From IMG/VR virus record IMGVR_UViG_3300036781_000275, positions 9,324-73,323 of that record: 64,000 nt of DNA, one strand, 5' to 3'. Shown one piece after another: positions 29,769 through 39,216 of this stretch. Under the pieces are notes generated by a model. The model did no database searches. It was not told where the DNA came from and saw only the letters and a list, made by a program, of their open reading frames with translations. Position 1 is the first letter of the stretch. Every line of letters starts with the position of its first letter. The position numbers and the translations under genes were made by a program. This DNA is from a virus.

Positions 29769-30476
29769 TCACAAGCCGCTCTCCGCGGTGTCGAGCGCGT
29801 GCTGGTTCGCCTTGCGCCAGAACATGGCCTCATCGCCCCGCATCAGCAACAGATGCGCGATCACGTCGTCAGTCGGCGTCATCGAGCCGACGAACGTTTT
29901 GTCGTAAAACCCGATCGGGTGCAAACAGAGCGCGCAGAGCGGATACGTGTGCTCGCCGCGGTCCTTCAGGGCGAGCGTCGGCCGGCCTTTTCGGAACACG
30001 TAGCTCACCCCGGAGCGCTTGCTCGTCTCGACGAACATGCCGAGCAGCATGAACTGCGTGAACTGTCGGTCCGTGACGTGATTCGCGAGCAGCTTGAGCG
30101 CGAGCGCCTCGGCTTGCATGTCGAACACCATGGACGCCGCACCCATCGAATTCACCATGAGCGCGATGCGCATCATGACCGGATCCCGTGACGACTTCAT
30201 GGCGCGGCGCTTCCCGGTCGCGGCCGATTCGAGGACCATCACGCACTGCCCGGTCGAGCGCGTCACCCACGAGTTGATCACGTGGAACCGTTCCTCCTGA
30301 TCGTCCTCGGGACGCTCCGGTTTGTCGAACATGTGCTCTAGCCGGTCCTTGTCGGGATAACCGGGAGCAACGGTGAGCGGAAACTCGGTGGTGGGCATCG
30401 GACACCCAGCCCATTCGCCGCGCTCGCGCATCAGGCGCGCCAGTGCGCGGCGTACCTCATCCCACGTGACGCTCAT
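29769..30476 (-). CDS. conserved phage protein with LCLHP motif
   Basis: A..LL...T..Q...F...SG..Y.FRKG...LCLHP....P.DD.IA.LL....DE..F...AN. Confidence 0.6.
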   Translation of the reverse strand: MSVTWDEVRRALARLMRERGEWAGCPMPTTEFPLTVAPGYPDKDRLEHMFDKPERPEDDQEERFHVINSWVTRSTGQCVMVLESAATGKRRAMKSSRDPVMMRIALMVNSMGAASMVFDMQAEALALKLLANHVTDRQFTQFMLLGMFVETSKRSGVSYVFRKGRPTLALKDRGEHTYPLCALCLHPIGFYDKTFVGSMTPTDDVIAHLLLMRGDEAMFWRKANQHALDTAESGL

Positions 30477-30660
30477 CGCGGTTCCTTGAACGTGGCCACG
30501 GCTTTCCGTGTGGCCTCGTTGAATTCGGTGACCGTGTACTCGGCCGGGATCCACGGCGGAGCGATCGGACAGAGGATCGTCACACCCCGGCTCGGCGCGT
30601 GCACGTTCATGTCGAGCCGGATCCCATCGTACGAGCCGCCGCGGAATTCCATGTCGAGAA

Positions 30661-31401
30661 TCACAGGAGCTGCCCGCCCATGTATTTCTGGATCATCGCA
30701 TGATGCGTCACCCCGTCGAGCAGCGCCTTGTCATGGGCGCGCGCGTCGGGCCAGCCGCCCAGTTGCTTCAGATCGAACTTCGTGCCCGTGTCGCGGCACT
30801 CATCGCGCAGCCGGCGCGCCCACGCGAGATCCATGGGGCGCGGATCGTGACCGCTCTCGCCGCCCGTGATGACCAACGAGATCGGGTTGCCTCGCTCGTC
30901 GGCCCGGAGTGCCGTGTACAGGGACAGCGGCCCCAAGAGCGGCTCCGCCGAAATGAACCGGCCGCCGATGCTGGGAATCTGGTTCAGCAAATCCGCGCGA
31001 TGCGCGAACCGTTGATTCTCCACGCTCACTCCGAGCACCACGTTCGGCCAGCCTTGACCCCACGATTTCGGCGCGCACTCTGGCCAGCGCTCGATTCGCT
31101 TCGTGAGGATCATGTACGTGTGTGGCGTGTCCGCGATGATCTCCCACGCCTCATCGCGCCACGCGTCGGCCGCGGGATGCAGGAAGTCGCTCATCGAGCA
31201 CGTAAACACGATGAGCGGCTCTTTCCATTTGCGCGGATCCGCAAACGTGGTCTTCGAGCGCGTCACGGTATCGAAGTCCTGACCGAACCGTTTCATTTCG
31301 CGCTCAGCGTAGCAATGAGCGCAGCCAGCGCTCACCTTGTTGCACCCTCTCCACGGATTCCAGCTCGCTTCCGTCCAACCGATACCGGTATGCTTACCCA
31401 C
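30661..31401 (-). CDS. DUF5131 (Gp37/Gp68) radical-SAM-like protein
   Basis: WT..SWNPW.GC.KVS.GC.HCYA, SMSD, LTKR, SAEPLLG, GGESG. Confidence 0.9.
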   Translation of the reverse strand: MGKHTGIGWTEASWNPWRGCNKVSAGCAHCYAEREMKRFGQDFDTVTRSKTTFADPRKWKEPLIVFTCSMSDFLHPAADAWRDEAWEIIADTPHTYMILTKRIERWPECAPKSWGQGWPNVVLGVSVENQRFAHRADLLNQIPSIGGRFISAEPLLGPLSLYTALRADERGNPISLVITGGESGHDPRPMDLAWARRLRDECRDTGTKFDLKQLGGWPDARAHDKALLDGVTHHAMIQKYMGGQLL

Positions 31402-31801
31402 GCGGTGCCTCCAGCGCGACGCTGGCATTGAGTAATGGACACACCTCCGCATGCGCGAGAATCGCGCGCAGCGTCGCCACACTTACCTCTTCGTTACCGA
31501 TCTGCACGTACGGTTCTCTCGGCTCTCGTTCGTCCGCTTTCCCCGTGTGGCACGAGAAAAATTCATCATCCGGCGTCAGATGCTGATGGTCGATCTCGAT
31601 TAGCGGGCGATTGTGTTCCTTACCCATGGCGATTGCGCTCCCGTTTACGCGCGCGCTTTTCTCGGGCGCGCTCCAGCGCCGCGCGATCACCGTCGTTGCG
31701 CGGCGTTTTTGGTTTGTACTCGGGCGTCGGCTTCGACGGATCCGGCCGGCCGAGCGGCGTGACGCCGGGATGCACGTACCGCTTCTGCGGTTGACGTCGC
31801 C

Positions 31802-32218
31802 TCATTGCGCTTCCGCCTTCCGTTTGATTCGGCGCTCCGCGGCTTTCCGCGCACGCACAACCTCTGAGAATGAACCGTACAGCGAGTTGCGGTGCGCCGG
31901 CGGATCATACCAGACGGCACGCCACATGTCGGGCGTTCTCGCCCGGCTGACGCCACGAATGCCGCTCTGCGCCCGTACCGGCGTGCGATGGATGCAGTAG
32001 CGCCCGCGCTGGCCCTGCCCGTTCAGGCGTGGCCGTTTGCGGAGCCGGGCGGCCAACCGTGTCGCGCGTCGACGCGCCTCGATCTGTCCGAGTTGCTTCA
32101 CAGAAAAATATCGTTGATAGGTCTGATGTTGCCGTTGCACGTGCACGCGATAACACCGGAACGGCACGATGTACGTGACGCCCGGTGCTATGCGTATGCA
32201 GCGCCCATCGCCTTTCAC
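31802..32218 (-). CDS. AP2-like DNA-binding protein
   Basis: Basic; YFSVKQLG..EA...A and SGIRGVSR..W.A.W. Confidence 0.5.
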   Translation of the reverse strand: MKGDGRCIRIAPGVTYIVPFRCYRVHVQRQHQTYQRYFSVKQLGQIEARRRATRLAARLRKRPRLNGQGQRGRYCIHRTPVRAQSGIRGVSRARTPDMWRAVWYDPPAHRNSLYGSFSEVVRARKAAERRIKRKAEAQ

Positions 32219-32384
32219 GTCGACGGAGACTCCGGCGCAGTCACCTTGGACCGCCTGCGCCTCGGCGTGGATGGCGTGAGTAAGCGCGCCATCTTGAGCA
32301 ACGACGGCGGTTCCTCGACCGACGCGCGGAACACGATCTGCTCGCCGCTCTCGTCGATCGCGGTGACGGTGACTTCGAAGCGCT

Positions 32385-32864
32385 TCATCGCGTGCGCTTC
32401 CGCCATGCCGTCTTCACTGCGTTGCGCTTCGCGCGTGCGGCGCGGCCGGCGACGGTCGTCGGGCGCAGCAGTTTTCTGTTGCTCACGCGGCTCAGCCGGC
32501 GCTTCTCGACCGACGCCAGTTTCTTCGCGACCGCTATCGCCGCGAGTTCGGCGGCCTTTTCCTGCTCTGCCCTGAGTTCATCCGTGGCCTTGACGAAATC
32601 GCGCCGGAATGAATCGGCGGTGTCGCGCATCGTCTCCATGTCGGGCTGGCGCAGCACGGTCAGCTTCCGATCCTTGAATTCGTCCAACGCGCGGAACAAT
32701 ACGTTCCGATTCATCGGAGAGAGGAACAACGCTGCGTTCGCCGGCGCGGTGCGGATGGTTTCCATCAGCGACTGCGCAATGCTCGTGTCGGCCGCCGCGG
32801 CGTCGCGCCCGGTCAGTCCTTCCTGTTTCGTGCCGTCAACACTGACGGTTTCCTTGAGTGCCAT
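32385..32864 (-). CDS. hypothetical protein
   Basis: Downstream of operator-promoter. Confidence 0.5.
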   Translation of the reverse strand: MALKETVSVDGTKQEGLTGRDAAAADTSIAQSLMETIRTAPANAALFLSPMNRNVLFRALDEFKDRKLTVLRQPDMETMRDTADSFRRDFVKATDELRAEQEKAAELAAIAVAKKLASVEKRRLSRVSNRKLLRPTTVAGRAARAKRNAVKTAWRKRTR

Positions 32865-32914
32865 AGCGAATGTGTGTGCGAAGAGTGGAACAGCGCGGTT
32901 CGTGAGCCCATACC

Positions 32915-32928
32915 CTAACACCTGTTAG
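32915..32928. promoter_or_regulatory. palindromic operator CTAACACCTGTTAG
   Basis: Within TTGCGC-16-TAGGGT promoter. Confidence 0.75.
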
Positions 32929-33217
32929 GATTCTGCGCAAGTACCGGCCTCGTTATGCGCCCGCGCTCAGCTTTTTGCTGCGATATTCGACCAGCGCCTG
33001 CGCGACGCACCGGTGCAGCGTCACGAGCGGATCCTCGCCGTGCTGGTATGCTCGCGACAGTGCGTCCTGTGTCACTTCGACGTTCGCGCCGCTCGGCGCA
33101 TGCGTGACCCGATAGGCCGCATGCAAATAGTCGTACGCGATCGTCAACGGCTGATCTTTCCAGAGCGGATGCGCGCGGATGTGCTCCAAGCTCGGCGCGA
33201 GATGCCCGTACGCCACG

Positions 33218-33592
33218 CTAACTCTCCCTGATCGGCAGCACCAGTACGCAGTCGCCGGGGTGCCCGCTCCACACAAACGGCAACCCCGCCTTGCGCAGCG
33301 CCGCGCACACCGCGTGCCCGATCTGCTCGTTCGCGTAGTAGTCGCCGCTGCACATAGCAAACTGAATCGGCAGCGGCGTCTTGAGCGCGCCGCGCGGCGT
33401 CACGGCCTCACGCGTGACTTCCCGTGTCACGTAGATCGTGGTCTGCCCAACCGCGCACCCATTCGAGAAGCGCGCCGATGCGTGCTCGTTGCAGCAGATC
33501 GTGTCGACCTCCACGATGGGCCGATGCGTCGCGCGCGGAAACGCGTCCTTCATCGGGGCCAGCGCGCGCTTCACGTCGTCCAGCGTGATCAC
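33218..33592 (-). CDS. hypothetical protein
   Basis: GAGG SD; ALRKAGL.F.WSG.PG.CV.V. Confidence 0.5.
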   Translation of the reverse strand: MITLDDVKRALAPMKDAFPRATHRPIVEVDTICCNEHASARFSNGCAVGQTTIYVTREVTREAVTPRGALKTPLPIQFAMCSGDYYANEQIGHAVCAALRKAGLPFVWSGHPGDCVLVLPIRES

Positions 33593-33765
33593 TGGATCCT
33601 CATGGCAAGCCGTCGCGCCGGATCATGGTGCGAATCTGCGTGGGCGTTCGGCCGGCGACCAGCTCGAACAGGCGCGGCGCGCGCACCCCGTGCTGGCGCG
33701 CGACACGCTCGACCCGCGTGCGGAATGTCGCGCGCATCGTGGCGATCTCGCGCAACGCGGCCCGT

Positions 33766-35097
33766 TCAGCCACCGTCAGATGCAACCGCTTGCTCGCCGG
33801 AATCGGCCGCGGGCGGGCGCGGGACGTCGTGGCCTTCGGCCGTGCCTTCCGGCGTGCTGTGCGCTTCCTCACCACTGTGAGACTCCGGGTTTTGGGATGC
33901 CGCTAACCTACCTACGACGGCCGCCGCTGCGCTACGCCGCCGGGCATGGTGCGCGCCGATCGCCTCCACGGCCGCACGGTCGCGTGCCTCTCGGCGGACG
34001 TCGTACGTCTTGTTCACGCTCCCGCGCTCAGCGTTGCCTCTGACTTGTTGGTGCCAGAAGTAGGTGCCGACCGCACGACCGAACAACGGACGCTCCTCCG
34101 TGAACGTCTTGAAATGCCCGCGCGCGATATGCAGCGCGGCCTCGATGCGCTGCGCACCCGTCTTCCCGCGCGATTCGCGCAGAATCTGCTTGAGCGGCTC
34201 CACGACGACCGTGCTCCACCGGACCAGTGGCTTGCGCCGATTGATCTCGCGGATCCGGTTGAGCTTGGCGAAGCTCTCCGGTGTGTGCATCGGCTCGACC
34301 GTGACGTTCTTGCAATTCATGAACCCGAGCGTCATCAGCGCCGGCGTGACGAGCCCGCGGAGATAATGCAGCGCAAACTCGCGCGTTTCGGCGTTCGCGG
34401 CCAGCACGATCAAGTGATCGTCAAACGTGCCGTCTGTTGGATCCGGCAGGATGAGCTTGCCCAGCTCATCGAGATAGACAAACACGGTTCCCATCGGGCC
34501 GACCACGATTTCGCCGGCCTCGTGGTGCCTGTACCCGACAAACCCGCTGATCGCGAGCATCCAGCGCGCCACGCGGGCATGGCGTCGCAGCGCGCGCGCC
34601 ATGTTGATCGTGCGGGGCGGCGCGTTGATGTCACCCATGATGCCCGCGGTGAGCTGATCCGTCAGCACTTCGATGGTGATGCGGTCGCTCTGGGTCTCCA
34701 CGAGTGCGGCCGTCGCATAGAGTCCCTTGCCACGTTCGACGTTGCCCGCGCCATTCGTCGTGTATTCCGGTACGCGCCCCTCGACCCACATCACTTCGAA
34801 CGGCGGCGCAATCGGCGGCAGATCGGTCCACGCGTGATCGTCCATCGAGGTTCCGTACAGATGCGACCACACGTCATCTGCGATGATCGGGGTCGCCTGA
34901 TTCAGCGACTTGACGAGCGCGCGCGCCGTGTCGTCGCCGACGACCTCGTGATACGGCACGTACCCGCGCTGGATCTCTGGCGGGCCGGGCAGTTTCGCCG
35001 CGGCGCTGTCGCGGGCGGCCGGCCGCGGTACTGCGACTCGGCCGAGGATGCAGGGCGGTCCTTCCTGCAACGCCGCGAGAATCCGCTCGTGCCGCAC
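33766..35097 (-). CDS. conserved phage protein with H-x-ARGH motif
   Basis: PPFE.MWVE; LHIARGHFKTF...FWH..VRG....G.V.KTY; start and end uncertain. Confidence 0.55.
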   Translation of the reverse strand: MRHERILAALQEGPPCILGRVAVPRPAARDSAAAKLPGPPEIQRGYVPYHEVVGDDTARALVKSLNQATPIIADDVWSHLYGTSMDDHAWTDLPPIAPPFEVMWVEGRVPEYTTNGAGNVERGKGLYATAALVETQSDRITIEVLTDQLTAGIMGDINAPPRTINMARALRRHARVARWMLAISGFVGYRHHEAGEIVVGPMGTVFVYLDELGKLILPDPTDGTFDDHLIVLAANAETREFALHYLRGLVTPALMTLGFMNCKNVTVEPMHTPESFAKLNRIREINRRKPLVRWSTVVVEPLKQILRESRGKTGAQRIEAALHIARGHFKTFTEERPLFGRAVGTYFWHQQVRGNAERGSVNKTYDVRREARDRAAVEAIGAHHARRRSAAAAVVGRLAASQNPESHSGEEAHSTPEGTAEGHDVPRPPAADSGEQAVASDGG

Positions 35098-35101
35098 GCG
35101 G

Positions 35102-35662
35102 CTACCGTCGCGAAGAGAAGACGGTGACCGGGGAGATCGGCCGCACAAGGTTCGTGATGTTGCGGCCGTCTTCGGTGCCCACGACGATCGCGCGCAGTTT
35201 GAGCGTGGTCGTGCGCGGTTCCGTCGAGGTGTAATACGCGGTCACCACTGGGCCGGATTGGCCCAGCCGGTCAGCAGAGAATGCGGCGACGGCGAGCGTT
35301 GAGTCGTCGAGTTGATTCGCAAAGGCAGTCCAGCCGGCCACGTTCACGGTGACCGAATCGAAATGCAGCGGATGACCGCTCGGGATCGATGCCGAAATCA
35401 GGCGCACATCCAGCGATGCGACGGTCTCGGTGTCCGCTTGCGAGAGGTCGACCACGACCGGGAACGCGTGAGACACGCCGACTTTCACAGTGGTCGGCGA
35501 TGGCACGCCGATCGAAAGGCCAATCGAAGGGCCGGTGACATGCGCGCGATCCACGACGACACTGGCAGCGGCTGGCGGTGCGATGGGATCGCCGGCACAC
35601 GCGGCGAGCGCGATCACGGCGAGGACACGGCGGATACTGCTACTGCGGCTGACGGAATTCAT
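35102..35662 (-). CDS. lipoprotein with cohesin-like beta domain
   Basis: Signal peptide with lipobox LAAC followed by AGDPIAP. Confidence 0.6.
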   Translation of the reverse strand: MNSVSRSSSIRRVLAVIALAACAGDPIAPPAAASVVVDRAHVTGPSIGLSIGVPSPTTVKVGVSHAFPVVVDLSQADTETVASLDVRLISASIPSGHPLHFDSVTVNVAGWTAFANQLDDSTLAVAAFSADRLGQSGPVVTAYYTSTEPRTTTLKLRAIVVGTEDGRNITNLVRPISPVTVFSSRR

Positions 35663-36243
35663 GCGGTACGCTCCTTGGGTTGGTTGTGCCGGGTTTTCCG
35701 GTGTGCAGCGTGCGGGAGGTTGTCGACCCGTAGCTGCGTCAGGGCCGTAACATAGGGGGCGAAGAGGGTGACGCGCATCTGCTCGATGAGCGCGGCCGAT
35801 GTTTGCGTGCGACGGAACTCGGTGGCGGTCATGCCGCACTCAATGCGCACGAACCGCTGGAAATTCTGCGGCGCAGCCCACCCCTCGTCCAGCGCGATCA
35901 ACGAGATCGACCGGCGCGGGTTCGCTTCGAGCGCGCCCGCCATGCACGCCAATTTGATCGCGCTGAGATAGCGCTTTGGCGATGGCAACCCGAGCCGATC
36001 AAACCGGCTCACCATGCTTTGCGGGTGGCTCATGCAGAAGTCGGCGACCATGCCGCGCACCGTCGACCACCGCGTGCGCCGCGCGGCCATGCCGGCGAAA
36101 AGCTGATGCGTGCTCCAGTGCAACGCCACTGTGTCCGCGATCGCGATCATAATGCGATGCTCCATCGGCACACCGGCGTCAATCGGTTTCGTCTGGCGCG
36201 ACGGCAGTCGCTGCCCGCACGCCAGACACGTTTCAGAATTCAT
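35659..36243 (-). CDS. AraC-family HTH regulator
   Basis: GLPSPKRYL...SI..IA...G....Q.F.R..R...GMTATEFR. Confidence 0.75.
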   Translation of the reverse strand: MNSETCLACGQRLPSRQTKPIDAGVPMEHRIMIAIADTVALHWSTHQLFAGMAARRTRWSTVRGMVADFCMSHPQSMVSRFDRLGLPSPKRYLSAIKLACMAGALEANPRRSISLIALDEGWAAPQNFQRFVRIECGMTATEFRRTQTSAALIEQMRVTLFAPYVTALTQLRVDNLPHAAHRKTRHNQPKERTA

Positions 36244-36248
36244 CGCGC

Positions 36249-36935
36249 TTATCTCGTTTGCTTGAGTAGTTCGCCCGCGTCGAACTCGATCGAGGCGAGG
36301 ATTTTGCCGACGTAAGCATCGGTCGCGCCGCTCGTGGCGTTCCGCGCACGCTGCACTTCGCGCTGGATCCGCCGCGCGATCTTCGCGAGCGCGTTTTTTT
36401 CAGCGTTCGTCATGCCGCGCATTGCGGGCGCTTCCGGCTCGGCTGGCGTTTCCACTGCCACCGGCTCCGGCTCGATGGCCGGCTCTGGCGCTGTGACCGT
36501 CTCGGCCGCCTCCGCCATCGCGCCGACGTCGGCCGCGCTCATGTCGGGTTCATTCGTAAATACCAGCGGGCGCGCATCAACCAGCGCCCGCTCCTCACGG
36601 GTCAGCTTGAATAGCGAAGGTGGCGCGACGATTGGCCGATCATCAGGCGTCAGCGCGAACTCCGCACCCGGTGTGGGCATCGGTCCGCGATGCGATCGAC
36701 GCCAGCTTCCGACGCTCTTGGCGACTTTGAGGCACGATGTGAGCGGCAACACTTCACCGTAGCTCGCCTCGTTGTCGGCGAATTTCTTCCGTATGCTCGC
36801 CTGTAGCTTGCGCTGTTCGATCTCGTCGGGGAACGACAGCGGATATTCCGCGCCGGCGCTCTTGGCGTGCGGCCGGCATGGCGCGAGATATGCGCCAGTG
36901 TAGGCCATGATACCGTCGATCTTGCTGTCGATCAT
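36249..36935 (-). CDS. hypothetical protein
   Basis: Conserved leader and operator upstream. Confidence 0.6.
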   Translation of the reverse strand: MIDSKIDGIMAYTGAYLAPCRPHAKSAGAEYPLSFPDEIEQRKLQASIRKKFADNEASYGEVLPLTSCLKVAKSVGSWRRSHRGPMPTPGAEFALTPDDRPIVAPPSLFKLTREERALVDARPLVFTNEPDMSAADVGAMAEAAETVTAPEPAIEPEPVAVETPAEPEAPAMRGMTNAEKNALAKIARRIQREVQRARNATSGATDAYVGKILASIEFDAGELLKQTR

Positions 36936-36978
36936 CGTTGACTCCGCGTTGGAAGTGGGAAGTGTCTACACCCCTAGC

Positions 36979-36992
36979 CTAACATGTGTTAG
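36979..36992. promoter_or_regulatory. palindromic operator CTAACATGTGTTAG
   Basis: Within TTGCGC-16-TAGGCT promoter. Confidence 0.8.
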
Positions 36993-37014
36993 GTAGGGCG
37001 CAAGCCCCCCCGGT

Positions 37015-38178
37015 TTAGCCGTCGATCCCCACTACCTCGCCGAAGGGGGCCGCCTCGATGGTTCCGGTGACTGCCCAGAGCACTGGGAGCGCCGGCGGCT
37101 CACTGGGGAAGCTCCCGGCAAGGTCCGTCAGATACACCGCGCAGACTGGCGGCTCGTCCATCGTGTCGACCGCCTCCAGTGCCGGCGCGAAGTCGGTGCC
37201 GCCGCCGCCCATGGGGCGCAGCTCGACCGGCTCGCCCTGCTCGAAGGTCTCCGCCGCGTTCACCGCCGCGTCCGCGTACACCACGTGAATGCGCGCGGGC
37301 TGTAACTCGTCGGCAATCGCGTTGATTTCGGCCGCGAACTTCGCGAGCGTCACGTCGTCAATCGAGCCCGACGTATCCACGATCACCGCGATCGCGCCGA
37401 GCTGTTCCGAGCGCAGCGACGGCAGATACAGCCGGCGCGCCAGATAGCGAGTGTTCGGGCGCGTCCACGCGTAGTCCGCCTGTGCGGCTTGCTGCACGAA
37501 TCGGCGGAGCGCTGATCGCCAGTCGACTCGCGGCTTCACGGCTTGCTTTACGAATCGGCCGAGCCCCGCCGGCAGTGCACCGCGCGCCCGTGCTGCCGCC
37601 GCGGCTTGCTGCACCGCTTCGCGCCACTCCGGTTCTGTGTTGCTGTCTTCGGTGGCATCGGCTGGCGCGTCGCGCACTTCACCCGGCTGTTCCTGCTCGG
37701 TGCCGTGCGGCTCGCTCTGCTCTGCGTCCGGTTGCGGCGCGCCGTTCTCGTCTGGCGTTCCCTTGCCGTCCTGCCCGTCTGAGCGCGGCAACCGATCGTA
37801 AATCCACTCCGACGCTTTGCCCGTGAACTGCGCCTCGCAGAGCACGCCTTTCGGCAGCTTGAACCCCGACTCGCGGAGCATCGTGTTGATCGCGTGGTCG
37901 CACGCAATGTTCCATTTTTTCTGTTCGCGCCCGTCTCTGCGCCACGGGTGTCCGCATGCGCAGTGCATCACTTCGTGCGCGATGATGCCGACGATCACGT
38001 TGTGTGATTGCGCATCGATAAACTCGGCGTTGTAGCCGAGTGTGCGGCCGTCGACCCACGCCGTTTTGCAGCTCGGATCCTCCACGAGCTTCAGGCGAAG
38101 CGCCAGCGCGCCGAAAAACGGTTGATCGATCACGAGCGCCGCGCGCGCCACCATCATTTTCTTTTCCGTCTGGTTCAT
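37015..38178 (-). CDS. DUF2201-type metallopeptidase plus vWA protein
   Basis: HEVMH zincin motif, WNIACDHAIN, MIDAS DTSGS, GGGGTDF, YLTD. Confidence 0.88.
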   Translation of the reverse strand: MNQTEKKMMVARAALVIDQPFFGALALRLKLVEDPSCKTAWVDGRTLGYNAEFIDAQSHNVIVGIIAHEVMHCACGHPWRRDGREQKKWNIACDHAINTMLRESGFKLPKGVLCEAQFTGKASEWIYDRLPRSDGQDGKGTPDENGAPQPDAEQSEPHGTEQEQPGEVRDAPADATEDSNTEPEWREAVQQAAAAARARGALPAGLGRFVKQAVKPRVDWRSALRRFVQQAAQADYAWTRPNTRYLARRLYLPSLRSEQLGAIAVIVDTSGSIDDVTLAKFAAEINAIADELQPARIHVVYADAAVNAAETFEQGEPVELRPMGGGGTDFAPALEAVDTMDEPPVCAVYLTDLAGSFPSEPPALPVLWAVTGTIEAAPFGEVVGIDG

Positions 38179-38224
38179 TCGCGTTGACTCCACGTTGTGA
38201 GTGTCTCGCCTGCCTGATCCCAGC

Positions 38225-38238
38225 CTAACGCCTGTTAG
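38225..38238. promoter_or_regulatory. palindromic operator CTAACGCCTGTTAG
   Basis: Within TTGCCA-16-TAGGCT promoter, after hairpin at ~38252-38280. Confidence 0.8.
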
Positions 38239-38292
38239 GTGCGATGGCAAGGGGAGAAGCGGCCGGCGGCCGTCTCTCCCGATGCCGGTGGG

Positions 38293-39216
38293 CTATTCCT
38301 GCTCGGCGGGCGGCTCATAGAAGCCACTCATTGCGTCGAGAATCGACTGGGTGCGCGCCGCCGCGTCTGCCCGGAGTGTCTCCGCGGCTGACCCCGTTTC
38401 ACGCAGCAGCTTGGGACTGAGCGTCATGATCTCCCGCGCGACTCGCGTGCGGATCACTTCGAGGTTCGCGTCATCCACCACGTTCAGCCGGGCCACGAGG
38501 TCCGTCGTGTCCGTGGTTTGCTTCACGATCGCGTCGCGAATCGCGGCGCGCTTCGCCTGACCGGTTGGGCTGTCCTCGTTGATCGCGGGATCCGCGACGA
38601 GTCGGTGAATTCTGGCCACCGCCTCATAGACTCGCGACCATGTGTCCGTCATGGCATCCTTCACGGCGCTCTCCACACGGTCCGTGATGGACTTCTCCAG
38701 CTCGGCGATTTGATCCGCCGGCAACGCGAGCCGAAAATCGCCCTGCGCTGGGAGCGGCGCGAAGTGGAGCGCGAACTCGAACTTGCCGCGCACTTCGCTC
38801 TCGGCGGGATAGTCCGCCTCGTTGTACAGGCCGTTCAGGCGCACTTTCGCCTGTTCCTTCAGCGCCGTGTAGTCGCTGACGAATTGATCAACTGCGGCCT
38901 CGAAGGCTACACGGGCCTTGCGGAGCTGCTCCGTGTACTGGAAATAGTTGGTCGACGGCAGCAGCCTCCAGCCCTTGTCAGACCACGGCAGCGCGTTGAC
39001 GTCGTGGAGTGCGCGCGCGGCCGTCGCGGCGGAAATCACCTTGTTGAGACTGGTATCGGGGCCGCCGAGCAGATGTTTGTTGTACCGGCCCGCGTCACGC
39101 CCCGCGGCGTGCTCAGTGTTCACCTTGTCGGTGACCTTCTTGTCGAAGCGTCGCGCCGTCCATGTCGAGACATGGAGCTTCACGGTCAGCGCGCGGGATT
39201 GAATGTCGATGCTCAT
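38293..39216 (-). CDS. DUF3150-like protein
   Basis: S.WTAR..D, LPWSD.G.RLLP, L.GLYN..DYP....V..KF; usual partner of AAA/vWA. Confidence 0.65.
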   Translation of the reverse strand: MSIDIQSRALTVKLHVSTWTARRFDKKVTDKVNTEHAAGRDAGRYNKHLLGGPDTSLNKVISAATAARALHDVNALPWSDKGWRLLPSTNYFQYTEQLRKARVAFEAAVDQFVSDYTALKEQAKVRLNGLYNEADYPAESEVRGKFEFALHFAPLPAQGDFRLALPADQIAELEKSITDRVESAVKDAMTDTWSRVYEAVARIHRLVADPAINEDSPTGQAKRAAIRDAIVKQTTDTTDLVARLNVVDDANLEVIRTRVAREIMTLSPKLLRETGSAAETLRADAAARTQSILDAMSGFYEPPAEQE

